Below are positions 1 to 10,880 of a stretch of DNA of 23,512 nucleotides, piece by piece. The notes below the pieces were generated by a model. That model was given only the letters and a program-made list of their open reading frames with translations. It was not told the origin of the DNA and searched no databases. The position numbers and the translations under genes are program-made. Each line of letters begins with the position of its first letter. Positions within the stretch are counted from its first letter, which is position 1. The DNA is from Octopus sinensis (lineage: Eukaryota). Where the stretch lies: the NCBI RefSeq assembly GCF_006345805.1, contig NW_021836602.1, forward strand, positions 1 through 23,512. The letters are read 5' to 3'.

Positions 1-5
1 AGGGG

Positions 6-407
6 GACATCACTAAAGTGACACAGGGTACAAAGTGGTACCAGCATTGCTAAAGAATAAGTTAAAATGACTCATTAGCTACAAGAGCACTATCTTAATA
101 AGTTGACAAGGGAGCCATAGCTTCCTACGGTCACAGATATAACCATATTACATGGTATAGAATTTTGATAGATAGCATCTTAATCAGTGACTCTTACTGT
201 GCCTGTGGTTAAGCTCAACTCACCCCATCAACTCATAAGAAAAACTGTTGAAAACATGCTGATTTTAAAAACAGTAAAAGTGAGAACTATAATGTGTCTC
301 CCTTATCAGTTTATTAAGATAGTGCTCTTGTGGCTAATGAGTCATTTTGACTATTATTTCTAGCAATGCTAGTACCACTTTGTACCCTCTGTCACTTTAG
401 TGATGTC
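6..407. mobile_element. MITE / foldback element with ~110-bp terminal inverted repeats
   Basis: 6-114 (gacatcactaaagtgacacagggtacaaagtggtacc...gggag) is the reverse complement of 298-407, with scattered mismatches. Non-coding spacer of ~180 bp. Right flank TATA. The left TSD is not recognisable. Confidence 0.85.
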
Positions 408-458
408 TATAAATTTGCCTTTAGGTTGTTACATTGCTAATAAGCCACCTACATTATT

Positions 459-690
459 TATATATATACATATATATATATATATCCATGTGTGTGTCTC
501 TGTTTGTCCCCGCCCATCACCGCTTGACAACCATTGTTGGTCTTTGTCCCCATAACCTAGCAGTTCAGCAAAATAGACTGACTGACAGAATAAGTACAAG
601 ATTTTAAAAAAAGTAAGTCCTGGTATTTTGTTCAACTAAAAGGTGGTGCTCCAGCATGGCTGCAGTCACATGACTGAAACAAAAGAATAC
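459..690 (+). mobile_element. 3' half of an abundant octopus-type SINE, preceded by a (TA)n microsatellite
   Basis: (TA)n at 459-485, then ...cgcttgacaacc...gaataagtac...ggtggtgctccagcatggctgcagtcacatgactgaaacaaaaga. Recognised from memory as the dominant octopus SINE tail. Confidence 0.65.
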
Positions 691-1555
691 GTAAAAACAT
701 GAAAAATATCACATTGAAGAGAATAAGTCAACATATGGAAGGTATTAGCTTTTCTTCTGAACATTACTGAATGATGAGCAAAACATAATAATAGTTTCAA
801 ACAAGGCTTCTGTTGCAAGTCATTCCTCTTCCACATTTTTCATACAGGCACTGATCTGTAGGTGTACAAGAGCTGCACATGCACCACATCAAATTCACTA
901 GTCATGAAGACTTGCAAAACTGCAATGACTATGGACATTGTCTCTTTATTAAGATTGGCAGATAAATAAATATGAAAAAATAAATCAATTTCTCCATTTC
1001 AAAATTATGTAGAGAGAAGCATGTCACAAAGGGGTTTTAAACTGCTTGAACTCATTGTCTCTTTTAGTTTAATCATTTTCTTCCATATTTCTGTAGAAAC
1101 TCTTGCCTTATTTCAATTAATTTTGAAAATAATGAATGTAGTAAAATAATTTTGTGATCATTAAGCTGATATTTAGAATATAAATGTGAAATTCTGATGA
1201 AAGGATTTTAGATCCCTTTAATTCCTTTTCTAACATATTTCTGTTAGAATACTGTTGTGGAAGGATCCTGACCACCCCCACATGACCAAAAGTGGACTGA
1301 CACATTTCAATAAAATAACTCTGTGAACTGTTTGCAGTTGACAGCATTTATTGTTCGTACTGATTTACTGTGTTAGTTTAATATCGTACCTCCCTACATT
1401 ATGTGTGAACATATTAATTTTGGGAAAGGTTATTTTAAATAACCGTATCCAAATATTTATTTGGGTAATACTATTCCCAAACCCTTGTATCTACTCCAAC
1501 ATTGTCATAACATTATTGGCAACAAGATATTCAAAAACCCCACAGACATAACGAT

Positions 1556-1568
1556 TGGCGACAAGGAT
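1556..1568 (+). promoter_or_regulatory. Primer-binding site complementary to the tRNA-Ser(GCU) 3' end
   Basis: TGGCGACAAGGAT matches 12/13 to TGGCGACGAGGAT, the complement of the tRNA-Ser(GCU) 3' end as I recall it. It lies just upstream of gag. Confidence 0.7.
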
Positions 1569-1597
1569 ATTCTAACTTAGGCTGGATAAATTGTTGT

Positions 1598-2076
1598 TTG
1601 GAACATGGAAGAATTACAAGCTTCAGTAATTGGCAGCAAGAACAGCTGATACTCAAGAAAACAGAAAATATATTGACCTCATTCGCCTCTGATACTGTTG
1701 CAAATTCCATCGGTGAATTCACATATAACCCAGATGAGGGTATTGCCTTTCCTGTGTACTACAGAAGGTATGAGGAGGTTTTTAAAGCAGAGTGCTTGGA
1801 CTGGCAAGATGAAGAAAAACCCTGACCCTTGTTAAGTTGGCCCCAGCTGAGCATGAAAAATACTGCAAAGGGACCGGTGGAAGTCTGTTTTCAAGAAACT
1901 GTTGATACCTTTTTAAAGATTTTCAGCAAGAACAGCTCTTTATTTAATATGTGCTGGCAATGCATGAATATTTCAAAAAAAAGAGGACAAAGATTTTATT
2001 ACATATGCTGGAATTAATAGGGAATGTGAGAAATTTAAAATTAATGAACCAACACCTGATATGCTTAAATGCTTAA
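1598..2076 (+). pseudogene. Gypsy/Mag gag remnant
   Basis: ANSIGEFTYNPDEGIAFPVYYRRYEEVF...QETVDTFLKIFS..SSLFN...RECEKFKINEPTPDMLKCL, with stops and frameshifts. This is the typical K02A2.6-like gag N-terminus. Confidence 0.85.
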
Positions 2077-2077
2077 A

Positions 2078-2225
2078 TGCACAACCCAAAAGTGACAGTC
2101 TGGTGTGCTGTTGGAAAAGCTGCCATCATTGGTTCTTTTTGAAGGCAATAATGAAAATGCAGTTACTGTGAATTCCAAGCATTACATTGAGATGATAAAC
2201 AACTTCTTTGTGCCCGAGTTACGAC
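2078..2225 (+). mobile_element. Internal DD41D mariner transposase fragment at the Gypsy gag/integrase deletion junction
   Basis: Encodes PKVTVWCAVGKAAIIG..EGNNENAVTVNSKHYIEMINNFFVPELR. No TIR or TSD. 2085-2214 is identical to the reverse complement of 12014-12143. Confidence 0.92.
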
Positions 2226-3235
2226 AATGTGTTGATGTAAGCACAAATAGTCATAGTGTCAACCACACTACAGAAGCGATTACTAATGAAATTTCATATT
2301 GGTCACCCAGGGATTTTGAGAATGAAATCATTAGTGTGAAGTTATGTTTATTGGCCTAGAATGGACTGTGACATTAAAGAACTAGTGAAAGCATGAGAGG
2401 TTGCGCCCTGGTTGCAAAAGCACCTACCAACTGTATCCAAAAACAGATATTCCATGGTCCTGGCTGCATGATCATTATGCAGGTCCACTTAAGGGTTCAT
2501 ATTACCTTGTTGTGGTGGACAGTTTTTCAAAGTGTTTACAGTAAGTTTTTTTACAGGAATTTTTCACCAAATATGGTATTACTGATATCATTGTGTCTGG
2601 TAATGGAACTCACTTTACTTGAGATGAGTTCAGAAAATTTTGTAAAATATTATTTATCAAACACGTGGCAACTCCGCTGTATCATACTAGATCAAATGGA
2701 CAAGCAGAGCGTTTTTTTAATACTTTTAAGAGAACTTTAAAAAAGCAAAAAATGAAGTAATGGATCACCTAGCACTTCAACAATTTCTAAGAGTGTACTA
2801 TGTAACATCTAATCCGAATACCCTGTCGGGAATGTCACCTGTGGAATTAATGTTCACTAGAAAGATCAGATCCATCTTTGACAAGTTGATTCCAAGTAAA
2901 AGTATAAAAAACGACAAACATCAAAAATACTTCAAAATTCTTCAAGTTAGGTGACAAAGTTTTTGTTAAATCGTATAGATATTGTAAAGAAAGCTGGGAG
3001 GATGGTGTAATTAAACTAATTGGAAGAATGTTATTCCTGGTAAAAGGAAAAAAAAATTTGAACATAAAAGACATGTAGACCAACTTGAAAAAAGATGTAC
3101 GAAAGAAACTGTCACAAGAGATGAAATTCTCATGGAAGTATTGTACAACATGTTTGAGGTGTTTTCAAGTAACAGAACAAGGAAAAGAACAGAAATACTA
3201 GAATTTAACCTTAGGCGTAAGAGATATGAAAACTC
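2222..3235 (+). pseudogene. Gypsy/Mag integrase remnant (H2C2 zinc finger, DDE core, C-terminal part)
   Basis: FHIGHPGILRMKSL..SYVYWPRMD, GCALVAKAP, YAGPLKGSYYLVVVDSFSK, LQQFLRVY..T.NPNT.SGMSP.ELMF.RKIRSIFDKLIP, read across frameshifts. Confidence 0.88.
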
Positions 3236-5074
3236 TGGACAGAATTTAATTCTCAAAAAGGAGAGAAGTTATGGAAAGCTTATTCACATGACCAAAAGTG
3301 GACTGGCACATTTCAATAAAATTAAAAAAACTCTGTGAACTGTCAGCAGTTGACAGCATTGATCATCCATATTGGATTGCTGTGTTTAGTTTAATATCGT
3401 ACCTATGTTTGGCTTAGTATGGGGATGGTGTAAGAAGAGAGAGATAGAAGTGGTTCAGGAAGGAGAATACTAGTGGGGTGGCATTCAAGATGTAAGATGG
3501 TGGAGAGGGAGGTGAAGAGGTTTAAGGGTGGGTCATGAAGGCAGACATTGAAAGGATGTTGGGAATGATAATAGATATGAGGGAGAGATAGCTGAAAGTA
3601 GAGAAAGGAAGTGGTGATCAATAGAAATGGTGTTGGAAGAGTAATGGGTGTTAGAGGATGATATTTGTTGGGGAATACTTGACTAAGTGGAGAGAGAAGG
3701 AAGGGAAGAACAAGGCCCTGCATGTACAAACCTAACCAAAGTGACTTTAGGACATTTTTTTGCTGAGAAGGATGGGTCTCCTGAAGCACAGTGAATCACC
3801 AATTATCTTGTCGTCCCTCCCATAAGGTTCAGCATCCAGAGATTAGCTTCCACTACTTTGTCTCAAGTTTTCTGGGTCTCCCTCTTACACAAGTTCCATC
3901 CACTTTAAGCAACCTGCACTTTATACATGTCATCATACATATGCATCATAGACCTATCCAGTATAGTCTTTTCTCTTGCACACTACATCTGGTTCCCCCG
4001 ATGTCTAGTTTTTCTCTCAGTATATCAGCACTCTGTCACATGCTGCACAGTGATATTGCACATCCATCAGAACATAGTAGCTTCATTTCTCTCAGTTGTT
4101 GCATTGCTATTCATATACAGGCATCATACAATCTAATTTTTACTCTAAGGGACAGTAAGACCTTTTGTTGCCAACAGAGGCAAAAGCTCTCTGAACTCTT
4201 TTCATTCCATTTTTATTTGAGCAACTATACTTCCAGAACAATCTTCTCCACTGCTAATTAGCTCACGCAGTTAACAGAAACTTTCTGCTATCTCTAGAGA
4301 GCCTCTAGAGTATTCATTCAAGAAAATATATTTCTCATGTAGCCTTAGTGTCAGTGGCTCCACTTTCTCTGTTAACTTTACTGTTGTTCCACTGCACTTG
4401 TACGTCTATAGCTTGCACTGAGTATGTCTAGCTTGCACAGGTGTGGAATTTCTGTCTGTTTTCTTGTTTAGCTAAGTTAACCTTGGGGAGGTTTGATTCC
4501 AAGTTTTGCTTCTGTACATGTAGTTTCTTTCCTAAGTCAATTACAGATTCTGTTCTGAGAATGGGATCATCAGCATATTGTAGTTCCCAAAGCAGCCAAT
4601 GTTAAATTCCTCTGTTATGGAGAACAATGATGAGTAGGAGGCGGCTAAGAACAGAGCTCTGAGGAACTCCCGCCTGCACTCTAATTTCATCACTATACGT
4701 ATGGCTAATCCTCACCTTACTGACAGCTCCCTTGTATATGGCTTGTATGACTCTCAAAAGACTTTTGTCTGCTTGTATCTTCCTCATAGACTCAGATCAC
4801 AGAGTGATGGACTCTTGTCAAAGGCTTTCTCTAAATCACTGAATGCCAAGTACTTCTGCAGTTGGCTGACTAAGGTAACATCAGCAATACTTCTCCCAGT
4901 CACAAAACTGCATATCTTCTACTCATGATTATGTTCCTAATTAATTTGGCTGTAAATCTCTCTATTAATTTCATTACCTGGTCCAACAATTTGATTCTTC
5001 TGTAATTACTTCCGTCCTTTGTAACTGCTGCTACACTAGTCATTGTATATCTTCTTGCATAGCCTGATTAATTA

Positions 5075-5203
5075 TGGGGGGGTGCTGAAAAGTTCCTGGC
5101 TGTAAGGGTATCACAAAAGTTGGAGGCCCAACTTTCTGTGTTCTTTTACAGGGCTTAGAAAAACTGAAGGACCACTGCAGTGTGTAAATTTGAGAAGGAA
5201 TAT
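5075..5203 (+). mobile_element. Truncated mariner-derived MITE inserted in the LINE
   Basis: TA (5073-5074) followed by TIR-like gggggtgctgaaaagttcctggc...ggcttagaaaaactgaaggacc, recognised as a common octopus MITE. The right TIR is missing. Confidence 0.6.
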
Positions 5204-5727
5204 CCTCCTGTATTTTCTGTTCCCCAAAGCATTCGTATATGGATGACTTAGTTGTGTCCTTCTCCACTAGAAATTTTAAGCATCTCAACAATAATTCCAG
5301 ATGGACCAAGGGCTTTCCCTGCTTTCATGTCCTTAATCTTTCATACTGCTATCTATCACTTGGTCCTTGTGTTGGGTCAGTGTTGGAGAGATACACTTGT
5401 GCATTTTCCTCAATAACCTTTCATTGCAGCACTTTCGTGCCTCTTTCTTTTCAGAATTGCTTTGTACAATCATCCTATTATCTATCCATACATACTTCTC
5501 TCCCACTTCTCAATTCTCTCTCATATACCATCTTGCAATCCAGAACACCTTATTCCTCTGATCTTCATGCTGTGGAATATTTACAGATCTCACCCTTTCT
5601 GTTCCTTCCTTTGCTATGTAAACCTGTCACCACCACCATGTCACCCTCAGTCAGAGTTGATCTGTTGCCCTCAGTAGGTTTTCCCCCGTAAGAACTTTGA
5701 GTTCTCTATGTTATACATCTCAGCGCC

Positions 5728-5954
5728 ATGGTGTTCCCAAAGCAACACTTTGCTAATAAATCGAGTGTGCTCCACACTGAATTTGCATGGCGCTTAGTGA
5801 CTTTGAAGCACAGAAAAATAATTTCGTGCTGCTTTGCAATCCATTTGCCATCAGTGTAGAAACTGCACCTGTACAGATTCAAATGGAGCTGAGAGAACTG
5901 CAGTGTAATGGGACATTAAAAGCTTAGTATAAGTTTGTGGGGCCCACACAGTTC
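5728..5954 (+). mobile_element. Internal hAT (GTF2IRD2/Buster-like) transposase fragment inserted in the LINE
   Basis: VFPKQHFANKSSVLHTEFAWR, then a frameshift, then SDFEAQKNNFVLLCNPFAISVETAPVQIQMELRELQCNGTLK. LINE coding sequence resumes on both sides. Confidence 0.8.
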
Positions 5955-6719
5955 ACTATTACTTCTTGTCAAGAGCTTCAACTAATACTTTTCTAAATTT
6001 CAGACTCTTTGCTGGGTCTTTGAGTTTCCATACTTTCCTTTTCCAGAATGGTTTGTTTTTCTAAGCCTTTCTAGCTCTAACTTTGAAGTCACTAATCAAC
6101 CTGTGTTGGGTTGTACATTCATTACCTGAGAAAGACTTTTCATTCCTGAGCATCTATCTTGTGTGCCCTCCAAATTGATAGGTGGTTGAGTGGCTGCTAG
6201 TTTCCTGAAGATGCTGTGGCAGATCATCAGATCATTTGCATTACAGGACACAAGCAGCCTTTTCACCCTCCTCATTTCTATACCCAAAGCCATAACCTCC
6301 ATGCACCCAAGGAAATCTGTGAGAATGCTGCCTATCATGTCCACTGAAATTACCAGCCACAACAATAAAGTTACTGTCATTTGCTATTGAGGTAGTTTGC
6401 ATAAAGGACCTTGAAAAATTGGTCCTGCCAGCCCAAAATGTGGAGCATGAGCAGAGATTAATTTAACTGTTGATTTTATCTAAAACTAAACTCAACTTAA
6501 TTGCCCTATCACACACACTTACTACCTCAATTACCTTATCTAATTTTATCTACACATTTTTGCCAAAAGTATGCTTACATCACCCATCCTGTCACTGCTA
6601 CATACCCAAAAATAATTTAAACCTCTCTTCCTTACCCATGAGAAATCTAGCTAAGGCTCCTTTCCATCTTACCTCTCGCACACAACAAGAAGGCATGGAT
6701 GTTGCTGAGGGCAGCAAAG

Positions 6720-6825
6720 TACTCTATTTGTTGATGCCGCCATTTGGACTAATTTCATGCTGATATTAAAATGGTCCTGCGGGCCAGATGAAATTGCTGC
6801 ACAGGCCAGGAGTTTGACGTGTCTG
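6720..6825 (+). mobile_element. Possible hAT right terminus
   Basis: gcgggccagatgaaattg...ggccaggagtttgacgtgtctg resembles hAT subterminal/TIR ends. No partner end was found. Confidence 0.3.
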
Positions 6826-7780
6826 ATCTAGTGCAAGCAACAACAAAGATGTGAGAAGATAGGGTTTCAGTCTATCTAGAAGGGAGCAGAAGGTGGGTAC
6901 ATAGCAAGAATTAATATCCACATACTTACCCATACACGCACACTTATACATCTTGACTGCATAACTACACACGCACGCGTGTGCGCACATACGTGTATAC
7001 AATTCAACATCCCCACATATATTCAAGTACATGGTGGAAGAAGGGAATACACTTCAATATAAAATTTATACATAACGAAGGAGTGAGGTTGTGTAACGAG
7101 TTGCTAGGGGAGAAAAATTCACGTTTCAATCAAAAATAGTGGTGGTTTTGGAGGTAGAAAAAGTGAGGTGGGATTTGAGCTGTTTTAAACTGTATTCGAA
7201 TCTGTTGTAGCATACTCATAACTAGATGAACTTCATAAATTTATTTTGTAGTATTTAATTATTAATACTGCTAGAAGTATATACTGATACATTTAATGGT
7301 TAGATATATATAAAACAGTCAATAATAAGAAAAAGATGACATGCAGAAGAAATGGAACCTACTGTGGCTCAGAATGTGAGAGACAGGAAATGCACCAATC
7401 TATAGGGTTAAAAAAAAAATGAAATGTAAAATTCATCTATGGAAACAGGTACACCAATTATATCTAGTAATGCACGACACAAGTCACAAGACTGAAAGTT
7501 GGTGGAAATTCATATCAGGAAGGTATATTGACTTCTAAAAAAGCATTATATTTTCAATATCAGTTAAGCTTTTTGAAATACCACAACCACAATTTCTTTT
7601 TTTAATGAAGTAAGAGATCTAATCACTATTTGCTAATCATGTTGCTAATCACTTGTAGTGAAGCAGAAAGTATGAACTTTTATGAAATATATAATTAGTA
7701 AATTTGGTTGTTCACTTAGACCACTATATATATATTTCCTGAGGCAATTCAGGTTTTAAATTGTTATTTTATAATTTTAG

Positions 7781-7880
7781 CATGGAAATTGAAAATCTAC
7801 ACACCCAAATTGAGCAAATGGCCCAGGATAATGGTGTGAAAGAGAAAGACTTGGAGGATAAGGCCAAAACAATATCTCAG
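7781..7880 (+). CDS. TPR: TPR coding exon A (first exon seen in window): MEIENLHTQIEQMAQDNGVKEKDLEDKAKTISQ
   Basis: Acceptor ataattttAG (7779-7780), donor GTacat (7881). 100 nt, open frame. Ends KAKTISQ and splices to LKKIGRKYK, matching vertebrate TPR KVKTITQ-VKKIGRRYK (recalled sequence). Confidence 0.9.
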
Positions 7881-8372
7881 GTACATTTTACTGAACCTAG
7901 TTACTAATTACTGAGCAAATTAGTAAATCTACTTTGCTCCTCTTTTTACAATTAATCAATATCATTATTTGCCCTGATTTTTCCTTGTATCTTTGACAGT
8001 AAATTGAATTAAATTGGACAAGGTCTTGGATGATAGATGACATAGTGTTCTTTTGTGAAGTCATTGTTCATAGCCCATCAAATTGTAATCAATCTCACAA
8101 ATAACTTTGCTCTACCTTTGGCTGGGTAGTTTTGCATTTGAAAAGATTGGTTGTTGATTACTAAAAGTGTATCCTAAAGAGACAATCAATTCTCAGTAAT
8201 TGGTTTTAGATGGTTGGAAGTAGATATCTTACTGAGATATAGTTCATCCTTGTAAACAGTATCAACTGAAGTAACTTCTATGATAACCTCACTTCATATA
8301 TTTAAAGTTATCGTTATATGTATGTATGCATAAATCCAAGTAGTAAATAACTATATTGTTAATTTTAATCAG

Positions 8373-8615
8373 CTGAAGAAAATTGGACGTAAGTACAAAG
8401 AACAAGCTGAAGACACTGCCAAGCAGTTGAATGAACTGAGAGATATGCACCTAAGTAGTAGCAATGTAGATACCAGTAAACCTGACCAGATGACAGCTGA
8501 TACTAATGAAGCTATGGAACAGTTGAAGAAAAAGGCAGAAGAAGCTGAGCGAAAATTGAAAGAAGTTGAAGAAATTAAGGCTTCATTCCAAGAACAAATG
8601 AATAAATTGGAACAG
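8373..8615 (+). CDS. TPR: TPR coding exon B, coiled coil: LKKIGRKYKEQAEDTAKQL...EQMNKLEQ
   Basis: ttttaatcAG acceptor, GTtatt donor. 243 nt, phase 0-0. Carries the conserved Tpr/Mlp KKIGR(R/K)YK motif and an E/K/Q-rich heptad pattern. Confidence 0.95.
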
Positions 8616-9099
8616 GTTATTTTTGTTTTTATTCACCCTGTTGTATTGCTATCTTTTATGAGTTTACTTGACACCTTTGGCCCTTGAAATAATGGTAAGG
8701 TTTATAGTTATTAACATATAGGATCACATCAAATGGCTGTCCTATTGAACAAATTATAGTGGGGAATACATGTGTAGTTGGTTTGTTTAGCATGGAAACT
8801 TCAGAATTGTTGTGGGGGGTTATTGTTTTGCCCTAGATCTATGTTCAAAAGTATCTCATCCATGGCCATCTCAGTCTTTCCCTCACCCCCACCCCCTGAC
8901 ATTTTCCAGATAATTTGGTCTCAGTAATCAACCAGCTTTAGCTGGCTAGAAGTAGATATCCTACTTAAAAACATTTTATCATAGAGTATCTAACGCTACA
9001 TTTCCAGCCTTTTTCATTTTTTTCTTTTTAAATTGTAAGGTGCATTTTCAGAAAGATTTGGTTGCTATTTCTAGCAAGTCTAATTACCATGTTACCTGT

Positions 9100-9865
9100 G
9101 GCTTATTGTTGTAGCAATTAATTTGCAACTGTTAGGTAATGAGATTAAATCATATCAAAGTAAAATCAGCCCTCTCCACTTTTCTATCCAAGTTACTGTT
9201 ATTCAAATGTAGCATAAGTTGCCAGTTCTTCCAGTTTCCAAGCCTTTCTGAACTGGAGGAGAAAAATTATACCTGGATGAGCTATGCAGAAGCATTTGAC
9301 AAATTTCAGGGTATTTATTTTTGCTTAAAATACCAGTCTGGATACTTCCTAGATATCAGTATTGAGGAAACAAGAATAGTGGCAGAACTGGTTTCACTTT
9401 AAAATAACATTGAGCCGAGGCCAAAGTTCAAAAGTTCATGTCAGGATTTTTAATTGCAAAAATATATTTCTGACAGCTACCCTGCACTATGGAACAAAAT
9501 CAAAATGTACTTTATTTCCTTTCCAACATCATATTCTGTAAAGTGGAATTTCAGTGCAGTCACCTAGATTCTTTCTAAGCAAAGAAACAGACTGAAAATT
9601 ACTGAACATGAGGATCTAAGATTACGTCTTAATACCTCTCTGTCTGATGTCATATAACTAATATTCTTGTACCATGTACAGCCATCACATTAAAAATATG
9701 AAAACAATGTAACTACAGGTGGGATGTAAATTTACTTTTTGATATTTAAAAACTGTGAAATACTGTTGTTTTGAATTTGCAGTAGAAAGAGATTTGTGAG
9801 GTGATGGCCTAGGAATATAACCTGAGTGCAAGGGGCAGCAACCCCAAGAAGTTTGGGAACCATTG
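9100..9865 (+). mobile_element. 3' part of a hAT-Charlie (ZBED5/SCAND3-like) DNA transposon
   Basis: IKVKSALSTFLSKLLLFK..FQFPSLSELE, YPALWNKIK..FISFPTSY..FSAV..ILSKQRNRL.ITE..DLRL. Ends with the hAT-type terminus aagtttgggaaccattg (9849-9865). Confidence 0.8.
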
Positions 9866-10393
9866 GTCTCTAGCAAAATATATCTTCTATATATTTTTGA
9901 TATGATAAATAGGTATAATGTAAAAATTATCACAAATGTTCTCAAAATATCTCAAAGAAACACTTTATATATAATCACTTATTTTTAATGGAAACAATTG
10001 AAAAGACATGCATATTCTCAAAGTAGCTGGAGAAGATTGTTATAATCACTTATTCTTAATACAAATAATTGAATATAGCAGTAGAGAAAGTGAGGATGTG
10101 CATGCCACAATGATTAAAGATATTTTAATGAAAACAATTGAATAGAGTGATAGAGAGCAAGTGATGGAGAGAGAGAGAGATCTATCACAATGAAAGTTAG
10201 CTTTGGGACTGAACTTCATTTTGATTATAAAACTATATTAAATGCATGAAACTTAAAAAAATATTTTAGACTTTGATTATTGCTTTCCTTTAGCATAAGT
10301 CACATGATTCCAACTAATAAATAAGCAGCTTTCTTTATTATAGTGTAGACATGTAATTTTTGTATTGTTTTTTTTTCCTTCTCCCTCCCCCAG

Positions 10394-10589
10394 CAATTGA
10401 ATGAGTCAAAGGAAAGTGAGACTCAACTGAAAAGTAAAACCCAAGAGATGGAGACTACCCAGAATAGATATAAGAACCTCCTTCAGAGTGCTAAAACCAG
10501 GATGACCAGTCAGAAAGAACAACTGGAGAAGATGACTGCTGAAATGAATGAACAAAAGAAGTTGCTGGAAAATATGGATAAGGCTAAAA
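10394..10589 (+). CDS. TPR: TPR coding exon C, coiled coil: QLNESKESETQ...NLLQSAKTRMTSQKEQL...MDKAK
   Basis: Long pyrimidine tract plus cAG (10391-10393), GTaagt donor at 10590. 196 nt, phase 0-1. LLQSAKTRM aligns with the TPR AIVAAKSKI region. Confidence 0.93.
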
Positions 10590-10860
10590 GTAAGTGGATG
10601 GATTCTGGACATAGTCCAGTAAACCTTAAGATTTCTTTGACATTGAATGTAGGTGGAGAGTTTAACTACTGATAGGATAGTCCATGTGGATGTAGGTATT
10701 TGTGTAAATAACTATGCAAACACGACAATTTCATGCTTAAATAGATATAGTATAAGTTTGAATTGGCTGTGCAATGATGTCTTACTATAGCACTGAAGCA
10801 AGGTTTAACTCTTCACCTCACAGTGAATAATAACAAACATCACTTCACAACCACACATGC

Positions 10861-10880
10861 ATGTGTGTGTGTGTGTGTGC
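10861..10880. repeat. (TG)n microsatellite
   Basis: atgtgtgtgtgtgtgtgtgc. Confidence 0.9.

Larger units (their letters stand above)
1253..3404 (+). mobile_element. Decayed, internally deleted Gypsy (Mag-type / K02A2.6-like) LTR retrotransposon
   Basis: Direct repeats 1279-1391 and 3285-3404, each with AATAAA. 5' LTR starts TGTTGTGG (1253). PBS TGGCGACAAGGAT (1556-1568). Polypurine tract AAAAAGGAGAGAAG (3255-3268). Gag and integrase remnants lie between. The 3' LTR is truncated at 3404. Confidence 0.9.
3405..6390 (-). mobile_element. Decayed RTE-clade LINE (endonuclease, RT, C-terminal region, probable 3' UTR), interrupted by two insertions
   Basis: Minus-strand remnants: APE endonuclease (CNANDLMIC..FRK, 6096-6380), KDMKAGKALGPSGIIVEMLK, DLEKAFD, AVSKVRI..YSDEIRVQAGVPQSSVLS, FRELLPLLATKGL, GTCVRGRPRKTW. 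Assigning 3405-3755 to the 3' UTR is less certain. Confidence 0.85.

Noticed and set aside
855-965. Possible upstream TPR exon after ctgtAG
   Set aside because: The frame ends in a stop, there is no good donor, and the peptide is not coiled-coil-like.
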